From an uncultured Candidatus Rokubacteria bacterium (lineage in GTDB: Bacteria > Methylomirabilota > Methylomirabilia > Rokubacteriales > CSP1-6): 64,000 nt of DNA. A model generated the notes under the pieces. The model did no database searches, was not told where the DNA came from, and was given only the letters and a program-made list of their open reading frames with translations. The DNA lies in the NCBI GenBank assembly GCA_963789955.1, contig CAWBMV010000036.1:152142-216141 (forward strand). Reading direction: 5' to 3'. Within the stretch, counting starts at the first letter, position 1; every line of letters starts with the position of its first letter. The position numbers were made by a program, and so were the translations under genes. Below, piece after piece: positions 22,942 to 33,107 of this stretch.

Positions 22942-23745
22942 ATGCGAGCACGCGGCCGGACAGTGTTGTTCGTCGCGTTGTCGATCGTTCTCGGTCTCTC
23001 GTCCCTCGCGCGCTCGGCGGCGGCGCAGAACGTCGACGAGATCATCAAGCGCGGCAAGGTCATCGTCGGCGTCAACACGACCACGCCCATCTTCGGGCTC
23101 GTTGGCACCGATGGCCAGCCCGAGGGCTACGACCCCGACGTGGCGCGGCTCGTCGGAAAATATCTGGGCGTGCCGGTCGAGTTCGTTCCGGTCACCGGCG
23201 CGAACCGCCTGCCGTTCCTTCTGACCAATCGGGTCGACATGGTGATCGCGCTGTTCGGGATCACGCCCGAGCGCGCGCAGCAGATCTGGTTCTCGATGCC
23301 GTACGCCACCGAGGCGGCGACCCTGGTGGCCCCAGCGAGCCGCGTGGTCAAAACGGTCGACGATCTGGCCGGGCTGCGCGTCGGCGTCCCGCGGGGCGCG
23401 ATGCAGGACCTGATCCTGACGCCGCAGGCGGCGGCCAAGAAGATCAACCTCATGCGCTTCGACGACGAGGCGACCGCGCTGCAGGCGCTGATCTCCGGTC
23501 AGATCGACGTCGTCGGCACGGGCCTTCTGGTCAATCGCACCTTGAACCGCAACGATCCCGGCAAGAACTACGAGGTCAAGATCGTGCTCCGCCCGCTCCA
23601 CTTCGGCATCGGCATCCGCCGCGGCCAGATCGACCTCTTGCAGTGGCTGAACACCTTCGTCTACACGATCAAAAACAACGGCGAGCTGGACGCGATCAGC
23701 CGGAAGTGGCGCCAACTGCCGCTGGAGGTGTTGCCGGTCTTCTGA
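22942..23745 (+). CDS. Polar amino-acid ABC transporter substrate-binding protein
   Basis: Signal peptide, GYDPDVA, ITPERAQQIWFSMPY and NGELDAISRKW. Confidence 0.9.
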   Translation: MRARGRTVLFVALSIVLGLSSLARSAAAQNVDEIIKRGKVIVGVNTTTPIFGLVGTDGQPEGYDPDVARLVGKYLGVPVEFVPVTGANRLPFLLTNRVDMVIALFGITPERAQQIWFSMPYATEAATLVAPASRVVKTVDDLAGLRVGVPRGAMQDLILTPQAAAKKINLMRFDDEATALQALISGQIDVVGTGLLVNRTLNRNDPGKNYEVKIVLRPLHFGIGIRRGQIDLLQWLNTFVYTIKNNGELDAISRKWRQLPLEVLPVF

Positions 23746-23763
23746 TCCGCGGGCCGGGAACCC

Positions 23764-24432
23764 GTGGACTACGTCTTCCAGTTCGGCGTCGTCTGGCGAG
23801 ACATCGACACGCTCCTGCTCGGCGCCTGGCTGACGATGCGGCTCTCGGCCCTGGCGATGGTGTTCGGGCTGATCGTCGGTGTCGCGGGCGCGCTGGCCAG
23901 AACCTCGCGCTACCGGGCGCTTCGTGCAGTGGGCCACGCCTACGTCGAGGCCATCCGCAACACACCGTTCCTGGTCCAGGTGCTGCTCGTGTACCTCGGC
24001 CTGCCATCGATCGGCATCCGCCTGAAGCCCGATCACGCGGCGCTCCTGGCCATGGTGATCAACCTCGGCGCCTATACGACTGAGATCGTGCGGGCCGGCA
24101 TCAAGGCCGTGTCCCCGGGTCAGATCCAGGCGGGGATCGCGCTGGGGCTGTCGCGATGGCAGCTCTTCCGCTTCGTGGTGTGCCTGCCGGCGCTTCGCGC
24201 CGTGTTTCCGGCGCTCGGGAGCCAGTTCATCCTCGTCATGCTCGCGTCGAGCGTCGTCTCGGTCATCTCGGCTGAGGAGCTGACGGCGGTGGCCGACACG
24301 ATCGTGGCGCGCAACTTCAGATCGTTCGAGGTCTATCTGATCGTCACCGGGCTCTACCTGGCCATGTGCCTGGCCTTTCAGGCGGCGTTCGCCGCGGTCC
24401 ATCGCGCGCTCTTCGCGCGCTGGGGCGCCTGA
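23764..24432 (+). CDS. Amino-acid ABC transporter permease (HisM/GlnP family)
   Basis: YVEAIRNTPFLVQ and GAYTTEIVRAGI. Confidence 0.92.
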   Translation: MDYVFQFGVVWRDIDTLLLGAWLTMRLSALAMVFGLIVGVAGALARTSRYRALRAVGHAYVEAIRNTPFLVQVLLVYLGLPSIGIRLKPDHAALLAMVINLGAYTTEIVRAGIKAVSPGQIQAGIALGLSRWQLFRFVVCLPALRAVFPALGSQFILVMLASSVVSVISAEELTAVADTIVARNFRSFEVYLIVTGLYLAMCLAFQAAFAAVHRALFARWGA

Positions 24433-24436
24433 TCCG

Positions 24437-25111
24437 ATGGTCCGCGAGTTCACCGTTCACGAGCTGTGGTTCCTGGTGCTCGCCGTGCGCTGGACTATCG
24501 CGCTGTCGGTCATCGCGTTCGTGGCCGGAAGCGCCGCCGGCCTCGTCGTCGCGCTCTCGCGCGTGTCCCGATCGCGCGTCCTGGCGGGCGCGGCGACGGC
24601 CTACATCAAGCTCGTCCAGGGCACGCCGCTGCTGATGCAGCTCTATCTGGTCTACTTCGGCGCCAGCCTCTTGCGCGTGACAAGCGACGCGTGGACCGCT
24701 GCGGCGCTGGGCCTGGCCCTCTACGCGAGCGCGTTCCTCGGCGAGATCTGGCGCGGCTGCATCCAGGCCGTCCCGCGGACGCAGTGGGAAGCGGCGCGGG
24801 CGCTGGGCCTCGGCTATCCCGCGCAGCTCCGCTTCGTCATCGCGCCCCAGGCGTCGCGGATCGCGCTGCCGCCGACGGTGGGCTTCCTGGTCCAGCTGGT
24901 GAAGGGAACCTCGCTGGCCTCGATCATCGGCTTCACCGAGCTCACGCGCGCCGCGGCGGTCGTGAACAACGCGACGTTTCGCCCGTTGATGGTCTACGCC
25001 GCCGTCGCCGGGCTCTACTTCGTCCTGTGCTGGCCGCTGTCCTTGCTGAGCGAGCGTCTCGAGCGGCGGCTCGAGCGCGCCGGGGCGACGACGGTCAGCT
25101 TCCAGATCTGA
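24437..25111 (+). CDS. Amino-acid ABC transporter permease
   Basis: QGTPLLMQL and AFLGEIWRGCIQAVPRTQWEAA. Confidence 0.92.
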   Translation: MVREFTVHELWFLVLAVRWTIALSVIAFVAGSAAGLVVALSRVSRSRVLAGAATAYIKLVQGTPLLMQLYLVYFGASLLRVTSDAWTAAALGLALYASAFLGEIWRGCIQAVPRTQWEAARALGLGYPAQLRFVIAPQASRIALPPTVGFLVQLVKGTSLASIIGFTELTRAAAVVNNATFRPLMVYAAVAGLYFVLCWPLSLLSERLERRLERAGATTVSFQI

Positions 25112-25123
25112 CGCGGCGCCCGC

Positions 25124-25891
25124 TCACACCCAGCCGCCGTCGACGATATAGCTCTGGCTCGTACACGCCGAGCTGTCGTCGGAGGCGAAGAAGAGCACGA
25201 CGCGCGCGACGTCTTCCGGCAAGAGCTTGCGCTTCAGGCACTGGCGGCGGAGCAATTCCTGCTCGGCCTCCGGAGTCAGCCAGAGCGTCACCTGCCGCTC
25301 GGTCATGATCCAGCCGGGCACGATCGCGTTCACGCGAATGTTCATGGGCCCGAAGTCGCGGGCGAGCGCTCGGGTCAGCCCGGCAACGGCGGCCTTCGCG
25401 CTCAGGTACGCCGGCATTCCGCCCTGGCCGACGAGCCATGACGTGGAGCCGAAGTTGATGATCGAGCCGCCGCCCGCGGCGGCCATGTCGGGCGCGACGG
25501 CCTGCGCCGCGAAAAAGTGGTGGCGCAGGTTCACCGCGAAGCGGTCGTCCCAGTACTCCGGGGTCACGCGCTCGATCGTGTGCCGTTCGTCGTGGGCTGC
25601 GTTGTTGACTAGTACGCGGATCGCCCCGAGCCGCGTCTTGACCTCGGCGATGGCCGCCTGGAGCGCCGGGATGTCCCGGACATCACACGGAACAAATGTC
25701 GGCGCAGGATGGCCGCGCTCTGCGATCGTCTTGACCAGCGTCTCGGACGCCGGCCGGTCGATGTCGACGAACGCGACCCGTGCGCGCTGCGCGCAGAGGT
25801 GCTCGACGATCGACGCGCCGATGCCGCTGCCGCCGCCGGTGACGAGCGCCACGCGAGCGTCGAGACTCGGGTACGAGGCGGTGTGGACCAT
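25124..25891 (-). CDS. SDR family NAD-dependent pentose dehydrogenase (Caulobacter XylB-like)
   Basis: YPSL..., TGGGSGIG, LVNNAAHDERH, VNLRHHFF, YLSAK, PGWIMTERQ..LWLTPE and VDGGW. Confidence 0.8.
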   Translation of the reverse strand: MVHTASYPSLDARVALVTGGGSGIGASIVEHLCAQRARVAFVDIDRPASETLVKTIAERGHPAPTFVPCDVRDIPALQAAIAEVKTRLGAIRVLVNNAAHDERHTIERVTPEYWDDRFAVNLRHHFFAAQAVAPDMAAAGGGSIINFGSTSWLVGQGGMPAYLSAKAAVAGLTRALARDFGPMNIRVNAIVPGWIMTERQVTLWLTPEAEQELLRRQCLKRKLLPEDVARVVLFFASDDSSACTSQSYIVDGGWV

Positions 25892-25906
25892 GAGACCCTC
25901 CAGGCC

Positions 25907-26788
25907 ATGGACCTTATCACTCTGCGCGCCGGCGGCGCGGGTCTCGTGCTGGCGCCCGCGGCCGGCGGCTCCGTGGCGCGCTACTGGGTCGAGCGCGGTC
26001 GCGCGTCGTGGGATCTACTCCGCCGGTGGACGACGCCGCAACCGGGCGACCCGTTCGAATCCGCCGCGTTCGCGCTCGTGCCCTACTCGAATCGGATCCG
26101 CGCGGGGCGCTTCTCGTTTCGTGGGCGCGACGTACGCCTAGCGCTGAATCGTCCGCCCGAGCGACATAGCATTCACGGTCTCGGGTGGCAGATGGCCTGG
26201 CGCCCACTCGATGTGCGTGAGCAGGAGGCGACCCTGCAATTCCGACATGACGCCGGCGCATGGCCGTGGGCCTTCAGCGCCACACAGCACTTCGAGCTCG
26301 AGCCCTCGCGCCTGACCGTCGCGCTGGCCTTGACCAACGAGAGCGACGCGGCGATGCCGGCCGGGCTCGGGTGGCATCCGTACTTTCCGCGAACCCCGCG
26401 CACGAAGCTCACGGCCGATGTTCAGGCGATGTGGCTGACCGACGACGAGGTGATGCCGACGACATTGGCGGCGCCCGGCGTGGCCGACCTTTCGCGCGGC
26501 GCGCTGGTCGACGCCGTCGCACTGGACAACTGCTTCGCCGGATGGCGACGGCGCGCCGTGATCGAGTGGCCCGAAGCCAACACGCGCGTCGTCATGACGT
26601 CGGAGGCACCGCTCGACTTCCTCGTCGTCTACACGCCACGCGGCCGGCCGTTCTTCTGCGCCGAGCCGGTGAGCCACATGACCGACGCGTTCAATCTCGC
26701 TGCGGCCGGACGGCCGGACGCGGGCGCGCGGACTCTGGAGCCGGGCGAAACACTACGAGCGGTCGTGACGCTCAAGGTGGAGCAGTAA
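25907..26788 (+). CDS. Aldose 1-epimerase family protein
   Basis: PYSNRI, IHGLGW, GWHPYF, LDNCF and FCAEPVSH. Confidence 0.88.
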   Translation: MDLITLRAGGAGLVLAPAAGGSVARYWVERGRASWDLLRRWTTPQPGDPFESAAFALVPYSNRIRAGRFSFRGRDVRLALNRPPERHSIHGLGWQMAWRPLDVREQEATLQFRHDAGAWPWAFSATQHFELEPSRLTVALALTNESDAAMPAGLGWHPYFPRTPRTKLTADVQAMWLTDDEVMPTTLAAPGVADLSRGALVDAVALDNCFAGWRRRAVIEWPEANTRVVMTSEAPLDFLVVYTPRGRPFFCAEPVSHMTDAFNLAAAGRPDAGARTLEPGETLRAVVTLKVEQ

Positions 26789-26829
26789 GCCAGGTCGAGG
26801 GCTGAGCCGGCCGCGCCGGCTCGCGAGCG

Positions 26830-27660
26830 CTAGAGGCGCCGAATCGCCGCGTCGGTCGCCGCATCCGCCGCGAAGAAGCATTCGATGCGAAGCTCGTGGA
26901 GCGTGATGTCGTAGGGCGTCCCGAGGCTCGCGAGCAACGTGAAGAAGCTAAAGCGCACGTCACCCTTCTTGAGCTCGATGGCCAGGAACGGCGCCGTCGA
27001 GGCGTCGAGGTCGAGCAGCTGCCACTGCTTGGGCACGTCGGGATAAGAGAGAAGCTCGTCGAGCAGCCGGCGCGTCTCGGCATCGCCGGTGCGCAGCAAA
27101 TCGCGGTGGAGCCACTGGATGAACGCAGCCGCGGTCGCTTCCCAGTTGACGATGTACGGCCGGAGCGCCTGCGGGTGATACGAGAGCCGCATCGCGTTCG
27201 GCGCGCCCAGCGCGGCGGTGGCCGTGGGATCCAGGAAGAGCCCCATCACCTTGCCCATCGCCTCGTTGGTCAACAGGATGTTCCAGTGGCGGTCGAGCAC
27301 CATCGCGGGAAACGGCTCTTGCTGGCGCAGCATGTAGCCGAGCGCGTGCTTCACCTGCGCCATCTCGGGCGCGTCCAGCCTCGTTTCGCGATAGACCGGC
27401 GCATAGCCCGCCGCCGTCAGGAGCTCGTTGCGACCGCGCAGCGGCACCTCGAGCACGCGGGACAGCAGCAGGACCATCTCGCGGCTTGGTTGAGTCCGGC
27501 CGGTCTCGAGAAAGCTCAGGTGCCGCGTCGAGATCTCGGCTTCGAGCGCCAGGCCGAGCTGGCTCATGCGGCGCCGTTCGCGCCACTGCTTCAGGAGCCG
27601 GCCGACGGTACTTGGGCGAGCGTTCCGAAGATGCTTGCGCGCGCTGCCCCCGGCACTCAC
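26830..27660 (-). CDS. XRE-family HTH regulator with MmyB-like ligand-binding domain
   Basis: GRLLKQWRERRRMSQLGLALEAEISTRHLSFLETGR, EPFPAMVLDRHWN and ELRIECFF; GTG 27660 chosen as start. Confidence 0.88.
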   Translation of the reverse strand: MSAGGSARKHLRNARPSTVGRLLKQWRERRRMSQLGLALEAEISTRHLSFLETGRTQPSREMVLLLSRVLEVPLRGRNELLTAAGYAPVYRETRLDAPEMAQVKHALGYMLRQQEPFPAMVLDRHWNILLTNEAMGKVMGLFLDPTATAALGAPNAMRLSYHPQALRPYIVNWEATAAAFIQWLHRDLLRTGDAETRRLLDELLSYPDVPKQWQLLDLDASTAPFLAIELKKGDVRFSFFTLLASLGTPYDITLHELRIECFFAADAATDAAIRRL

Positions 27661-27695
27661 ACGAGCCAATATACGTGGGCCGCCGCGGGGAGCCA

Positions 27696-27712
27696 ATTAC
27701 CTCCGAGGTAAT
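27696..27712. promoter_or_regulatory. Inverted-repeat operator ATTACC-N5-GGTAAT (copy 1)
   Basis: Perfect 6-bp arms upstream of the XRE regulator; same motif at 38570-38586. Confidence 0.65.
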
Positions 27713-27772
27713 GGCGTGGCCCTCAGTCTCGCGCGGTAGCGAAACCGGAAAAGGGCGAGACTCGGTGAAGAT

Positions 27773-27904
27773 TCACGATATGTCGTGAGGATTCGGCGGT
27801 CGATGGATCCGTGATGGCTATGGCCGTGGCACCCCGAAACGTCGGCCAAGTTGGGCCGAACTCGTCCGGATCCGCGCCTGAAGCGGCCGCGGCACTGATC
27901 TTGC
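27773..27904 (+). promoter_or_regulatory. Sigma-54 promoter with upstream palindromic enhancer (copy 1)
   Basis: TCACGATATGTCGTGA (27773-27788) and GGCACtgatcTTGC -24/-12 element (27891-27904). Confidence 0.8.
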
Positions 27905-27924
27905 CTCGCTGTTCATTGGCGCCC

Positions 27925-28584
27925 ATGAACGAGCCGACCGACGGCATCTACGACGAGTCCCGCTGGCCCCCCGCGCTCGCGATACTCGTCGTGCTCTGCC
28001 TGATGGCAGTGCTACCCCACCACGTCGAAGTGATGCCGGTGTGGGTGTCGCGCGTGGCGGCGCTCGCGATGCTCTTGCCGATGGCTGCCGTCGCGCTCAC
28101 GAAGGCGAGCACGCGATGGCGGCGCATCGAGCGGGCGATGATAATTCTTGTTGCGGTGGCGTATGTCGCTAACACAGGGGCGCAGCTGGCGGACATGATC
28201 GGCATCATCACGCTCCTCCCGCCGGGAAGTCGCTCCGTCTCGCTTCTCTCTTCATCGCTTGGGATCTGGGTCACCAACGTTCTGATGTTCTCCTTGCTCT
28301 ACTGGGAACTCGACCGGGGCGGCCCGCCCGCTCGAGCGAGCCACATGACGATAAGGCCGGATTGGCTATTCCCGCAGATCGCCGTCCCCGACGACGCGCC
28401 GCCTGACTGGCGGCCCTTGTTCCTCGACTATCTCTTTCTTGCGTACTGTACGGCGACGGCGTTCAGCCCCACTGATGTCTTGCCGCTCACGCGGCGAGCC
28501 AAGATGCTGATGATGCTCGAAAGCGCAATCTCGCTCTTGACGATCGTGATCGTCGCGGCCCGCGCGGTCAGTGTGCTCCCGTAG
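27925..28584 (+). CDS. DUF1345-type membrane protein
   Basis: WVTNVLMFSLLYWELDRGGP, DWRPLFLDYLFLAYCTATAFSPTDVLPL and IVAARAV. Confidence 0.8.
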   Translation: MNEPTDGIYDESRWPPALAILVVLCLMAVLPHHVEVMPVWVSRVAALAMLLPMAAVALTKASTRWRRIERAMIILVAVAYVANTGAQLADMIGIITLLPPGSRSVSLLSSSLGIWVTNVLMFSLLYWELDRGGPPARASHMTIRPDWLFPQIAVPDDAPPDWRPLFLDYLFLAYCTATAFSPTDVLPLTRRAKMLMMLESAISLLTIVIVAARAVSVLP

Positions 28585-28682
28585 TTCGTCGCTACGCACG
28601 GATCGAGCCAGCCGGCGATGATGACGGCTGCGGAGATGACCCCGCGCATTCTCGAGACCATCTCGCCTCGCGCCGAACCACG

Positions 28683-29039
28683 ATGGCGCAGTACCGCACG
28701 CACCTCGCGCTCGACCGGACGACGCTTGCGTGGATCCGGACCACTCTCACCATGGCGACCTTCGGGCTGGGAATGATCGGGTTCTTTCGCTCGCTCCGGC
28801 AGACTTCTCCGTCGGACGAGACGATTCGCCTGCACCGGGCGGCGATCCATTTCGGCGAAGCATTGGTTCTCATCGGACTCGTCGCGCTGCTGGGCATCGC
28901 CGTCGCTCATTGGCTCGCGCTGCGCCGGCTCCGGCGTGGGGAGACTCCTCCGCTATCGCTGTGGCCGCTCAGCATCACCATGGCGGCCTTTCTCGCCGTG
29001 CTCGGGCTGGCGATGCTATGGGGAGTCATCGGCCGCTGA
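28683..29039 (+). CDS. DUF202 (YidH-like) membrane protein
   Basis: RTHLALDRTTLAWIRT motif and three TM segments; the true start may lie further upstream. Confidence 0.8.
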   Translation: MAQYRTHLALDRTTLAWIRTTLTMATFGLGMIGFFRSLRQTSPSDETIRLHRAAIHFGEALVLIGLVALLGIAVAHWLALRRLRRGETPPLSLWPLSITMAAFLAVLGLAMLWGVIGR

Positions 29040-29057
29040 ACCGGATCCTCGGCGATT

Positions 29058-30665
29058 CTATGCGGGCCGCGCCGGCCGCGTGATTCCGAGCTTCTGCATC
29101 CGGGAGCGGAGCGTGTTGGGATGGAGGCCGAGCTTCTGGGCGGCGTTGCCCTTCCCGTGGATCCTCCAGCCACAGGCCTCCACCACGCGCAGGATGTGCG
29201 CGCGATCGAGCTCGTCCAGGCGCTCGGAGGGCGACGGCCCGGCCGTACGGCGGCCAGTGTCACCCAGCGTCTCGTCGAGACGCAACGTGGAGCCGGCCGA
29301 AAGGATGAGTGCGCGCTCGATGACGTTCTCGAGCTCCCGGATATTGCCCGGCCACGCGTAGGCCCTCAACGCGGCCATGGTACGGGCCGGGATCCGCTCG
29401 ATCTTCCGCCCGAACTGCGCCTGGCGGCGATTGATGCAGGCCCAGACGAGGAGCGGGATATCCTCACGCCGCTCCCGCAGTGGCGGCACCTGAATGGGGA
29501 AGACGCTCAGGCGATAGTAGAGATCCTCGCGGAAGCGGCCCTCGGCCATGGCGCGACCGAGGTCGCGGTTGGTCGCGGCCACGATCCGCGCATTCACCGT
29601 CCGGGTGCGGGTGGAGCCGACCCGTTCGAACTGGCCGTCCTGCAGCACCCCGAGAAGCTTGACCTGGACCTCCGGGGTCAGCTCGCCGATCTCGTCCAGG
29701 AACAGCGTGCCCCCATCGGCCAGCTCGAAGCGGCCTGCCTTGGGCCCTGTGGCCCCGGTGAAGGCGCCCTTCTCATGCCCGAACAGCTCCGTCTCGATCA
29801 GGGTCGGCGGCAGCGCCGCGCAGTTCACCTTCACGAAGGGCCCGCTGCGCCGGGCGCTGTGATCGTGGATGGCGTGGGCCAGGAGCTGCTTGCCGGTCCC
29901 CGTCTCCCCCAGGAGCAGCACCGCGCTGGAGGTGGGCGCCACCTGGGACACCTTCGCAAGCACATCGAGCATGGCCCGGCTCTCGCCGACGATCGCGTCG
30001 AAGCCCCGTTCATGGCGAATCTCAGTGCGCAGGTAGACGTTCTCGGCTTCGAGGCGGTCCTTGAGCGCGCGGATCTCCTCCAGTCGCACCTGGAGCTCTT
30101 CGCGCGTCCGCTCCAGCTCTCCAACGGTCTTGTGCAGCTCCGTCTCGACAGCGCTGGCGGTGGAGGGCGCTGGCCATGACTTGCCCGATCAGCCGCACGC
30201 AGTCGACGACCGAGTCCGGCCAATCCCGAGCATCGCGGAACGCGCCGGTCGCGAGCGCGCAGACCGGTTGCTCGCCGATTGTGATCGGGACGGTCAGATT
30301 CGACAGGAGGCCGATGCGGCGACAGTATTCCCTTTCCCGCGCCGCCTCGTCGGGGAGCTCGTCGGACGAGGTCGATGCGGATGGTCTGCCCACGGACGAG
30401 CTGCGCGTGGTACCAGGGTAGGGCCGCCTGTGGAACTTGCGTGAACAGCTCAACGCCGGGACGCGCCCATGAGGCGAGGGAAGTGAGCGTCTTCCCGTCG
30501 GGGGAGAACTCGAAGAGCGTGCTGCGATCGGTACCGAGGAGCTCGACCAGGAGGTGAAGTCCGCGCTCGATCTCGTCGCCGATCCTTTCTATCGGAAGGC
30601 CGGTGAAGCGAGTAGAGAGGTCGACTAGGAGCGCCTCGACCCTGCTGAGCTCGGCGGCAGTTCAT
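29058..30665 (-). CDS. Sigma-54-dependent activator (GAF-AAA+-HTH, FhlA-like), frameshifted
   Basis: [30 protein letters not shown] and a C-terminal HTH; the N-terminal GAF region is split over several frames. Confidence 0.88.
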
Positions 30666-30723
30666 GACCGTGGATAGTCTAGCGCATATTCGGAATCACG
30701 AAATGACGAGATTTCGGAAGACG

Positions 30724-30852
30724 TCACGACATGTCGTGAGCTTCAGCGGTCCATGGATCCGTGATCGCCAGGCCCCGGCCCCCTAACAGGCGGCCACGAT
30801 AGCCAGAACTCCTCTGATCCGGCCCGCGAAGTTGCCGCGGCACTCATCTTGC
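30724..30852 (+). promoter_or_regulatory. Sigma-54 promoter with upstream palindromic enhancer (copy 2)
   Basis: TCACGACATGTCGTGA perfect palindrome (30724-30739) and GGCACtcatcTTGC (30839-30852). Confidence 0.8.
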
Positions 30853-30924
30853 CAGTCTGTGGTGCGTGACGTACACGATCAGGATCATCGAAGGCTCGCC
30901 CCCGGCCCGACGGGATCGACGCCG

Positions 30925-31245
30925 GTGACCTTTCGTATCACGATCGACCAGGAATCGGGGATCCAGATCGTGCGCCTCGCGGGCTGGCTGGAGAGCGCGG
31001 ACGTCGCCGAGCTCGAGCGAGTCGTGGGCGAAACGTCCGGGTCGCTCCGTCTCGATCTCACGGAGCTCCGGTCGGCGGATCAGGTCGGGGTGCTGGTTCT
31101 CAGAGCGCTCCACGCGAGGGGTGTCTCGTTCGTCGGAGTCTCGCCATTCATCCGCCTGCTCCTGGGGATCGAGCCCTCCAGGCCGCCGCCGACCGGCGAC
31201 CCGAAACGGAGTACCGGAAGGGGCAAGCCCAAGGGGTCTAGCTGA
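30925..31245 (+). CDS. Small STAS-like domain protein
   Basis: VRLAGWL...LRLDLTELRSADQVGV..LRAL...GVSPFIRLLL. Confidence 0.7.
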   Translation: MTFRITIDQESGIQIVRLAGWLESADVAELERVVGETSGSLRLDLTELRSADQVGVLVLRALHARGVSFVGVSPFIRLLLGIEPSRPPPTGDPKRSTGRGKPKGSS

Positions 31246-31370
31246 CGGGCTCTTGCTCGACCGGAGGTAACGAGCCGCAACTCACCGACCTGAGGAGGAG
31301 AGATGCAATGAGTTACACGCGCAACCCATCGTTGAGGATTGCAGCGACTCACAACTAAAGGAGATGACAG

Positions 31371-33010
31371 ATGAAGAAGACCACGAGGAGGATAAGTCTC
31401 AGCCTGCTCGCGCTATTCGCTGCTGTCGCGATGGTGGCGGCCCCGGCTTACGCCCAGCAGAAAAAGCCCAACATCCTCGTGATCTGGGGCGACGATATAG
31501 GCCACGACAACATCAGCGCCTACAACCGGGGCATGCTGGACTACAACACGCCCAACATCGACCGCATCGCCACGGGAGGCGCGCTGTTCACCGATCACTA
31601 CGCGCAGCAGTCCTGTACCGCGGGCCGCGCCTCGTTCGCGCTGGGACAGAACCCGTTTCGCACCGGACTGCTGACCATCGGCATGCCGGGCTCGCCGCAT
31701 GGCGTGCGCCCGGAAGATCCCACCATCGCCGAGCTGCTGAAGAACTACGGCTATATCAACGGCCCAGTTCGGCAAGAACCATCTGGGCGACTTGAACAAG
31801 TACCTGCCCACGGTTCGCGGCTTCGACGAGTTCTACGGCAACCTCTACCACCTGAACGCCGAGGAGGAGCCGGAGAATCCGGACTATCCGAAGACATTTG
31901 ACGGCAAGGATTTCAGGGCAACGTTCGGCCCCCGCGGCGTGATGGACTGCGTGGCGACGAATACGGTCGACAATACCGTAGAGCCTCGCTGGGGCATGGT
32001 CGGTAAGCAGAAATGCAAAGACACCGGCCCTCTGACGATCGAACGCATGAAAACCATCGAGAAGGACATCACCGCCAGGGCCCTCGATTTCATGGATCGT
32101 GCGGTCAAAACGAACAAGGACGCAAACGGAGAGAAGCCCTTCTTCATGTGGTTCAACTCGACCCGCGGCCACGTCTGGGTTCATTTGAGCAAGGAGCAGG
32201 ACGGCAAGACCGGCAAGGGCATGTTCCCCGATGCCATGGACGAACTGGACTGGGAAACGGGCCAGCTGCTCGACAAGCTCGATGAGCTGGGCATTGCCGA
32301 CAACACCATCGTGCTCTGGTCCACCGACAACGGCACGGAAATCATGTCCACCCCGGAAATGGGCGGCATGCACGCGTTCCGTGGCGAGAAGGGCCTGACG
32401 AGCGAAGGCGGCTTCCGTGTGCCCCAACTCATGCGCTGGCCCGGGCATATCAAGCCGGGCACCATCGTCAATGACATCACGTCTCACGAGGACTGGATGC
32501 CGACCTTGCTGGCTGCAGCCAACGGCGGCAAGGACACCGGCATTCAGGAGGCCTTGAAGAAGGGCGGCTTCAAGGCCGACGGCAAGACCTTCAAGGCGCA
32601 TCTGGACGGCTACAACCAGCTGCCGCTGCTGACCGGCGAAGTTCCCAAGGGACAGGGTCCGCGCCAGGAGATCTTACTACTTCGATGCCGACGGCGATCT
32701 GAACGCCGTGCGCTGGGGCAAATGGAAGATCTCCTTTACCGATATGAGTGGAAATCTGACCACAGGCTGGAAGAAATCCCCGAGCTGGCCCATCATCACG
32801 AACCTTCGGCTCGATCCCTACGAGCGGTTCCAGGACCAGTCCGGAATGTATCTTCACTGGTTCGGCAAGCGCATGTTCCTGATGGCGCCGGCGCAACAAC
32901 TGGTGGCAAAAGAGCTGGCCACGCTCAAGGAGTTCCCGCCCGCGCGCGGCTCCAGCCTGAGCCTCGGCAAGCTCTTCGAGCAGATCCAGTACGCTCATCC
33001 GGGCCAGTAG
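31371..33010 (+). CDS. Arylsulfatase (Cys-type), frameshifted
   Basis: Signal peptide, KPNILVIWGDDIG, CTAGRA signature, GKNHLG, STDNG and HLDGYNQ; indels near 31760 and 32670. Confidence 0.9.
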
Positions 33011-33107
33011 GTTGCACTGAACTTTTCGGACATTGGATTCAGCGAGGGGCAGCAGCGGCATGCGGGATCTTTGACTAGGCGGCTTTGTTGAGCGAGAGGA
33101 GGATCCC

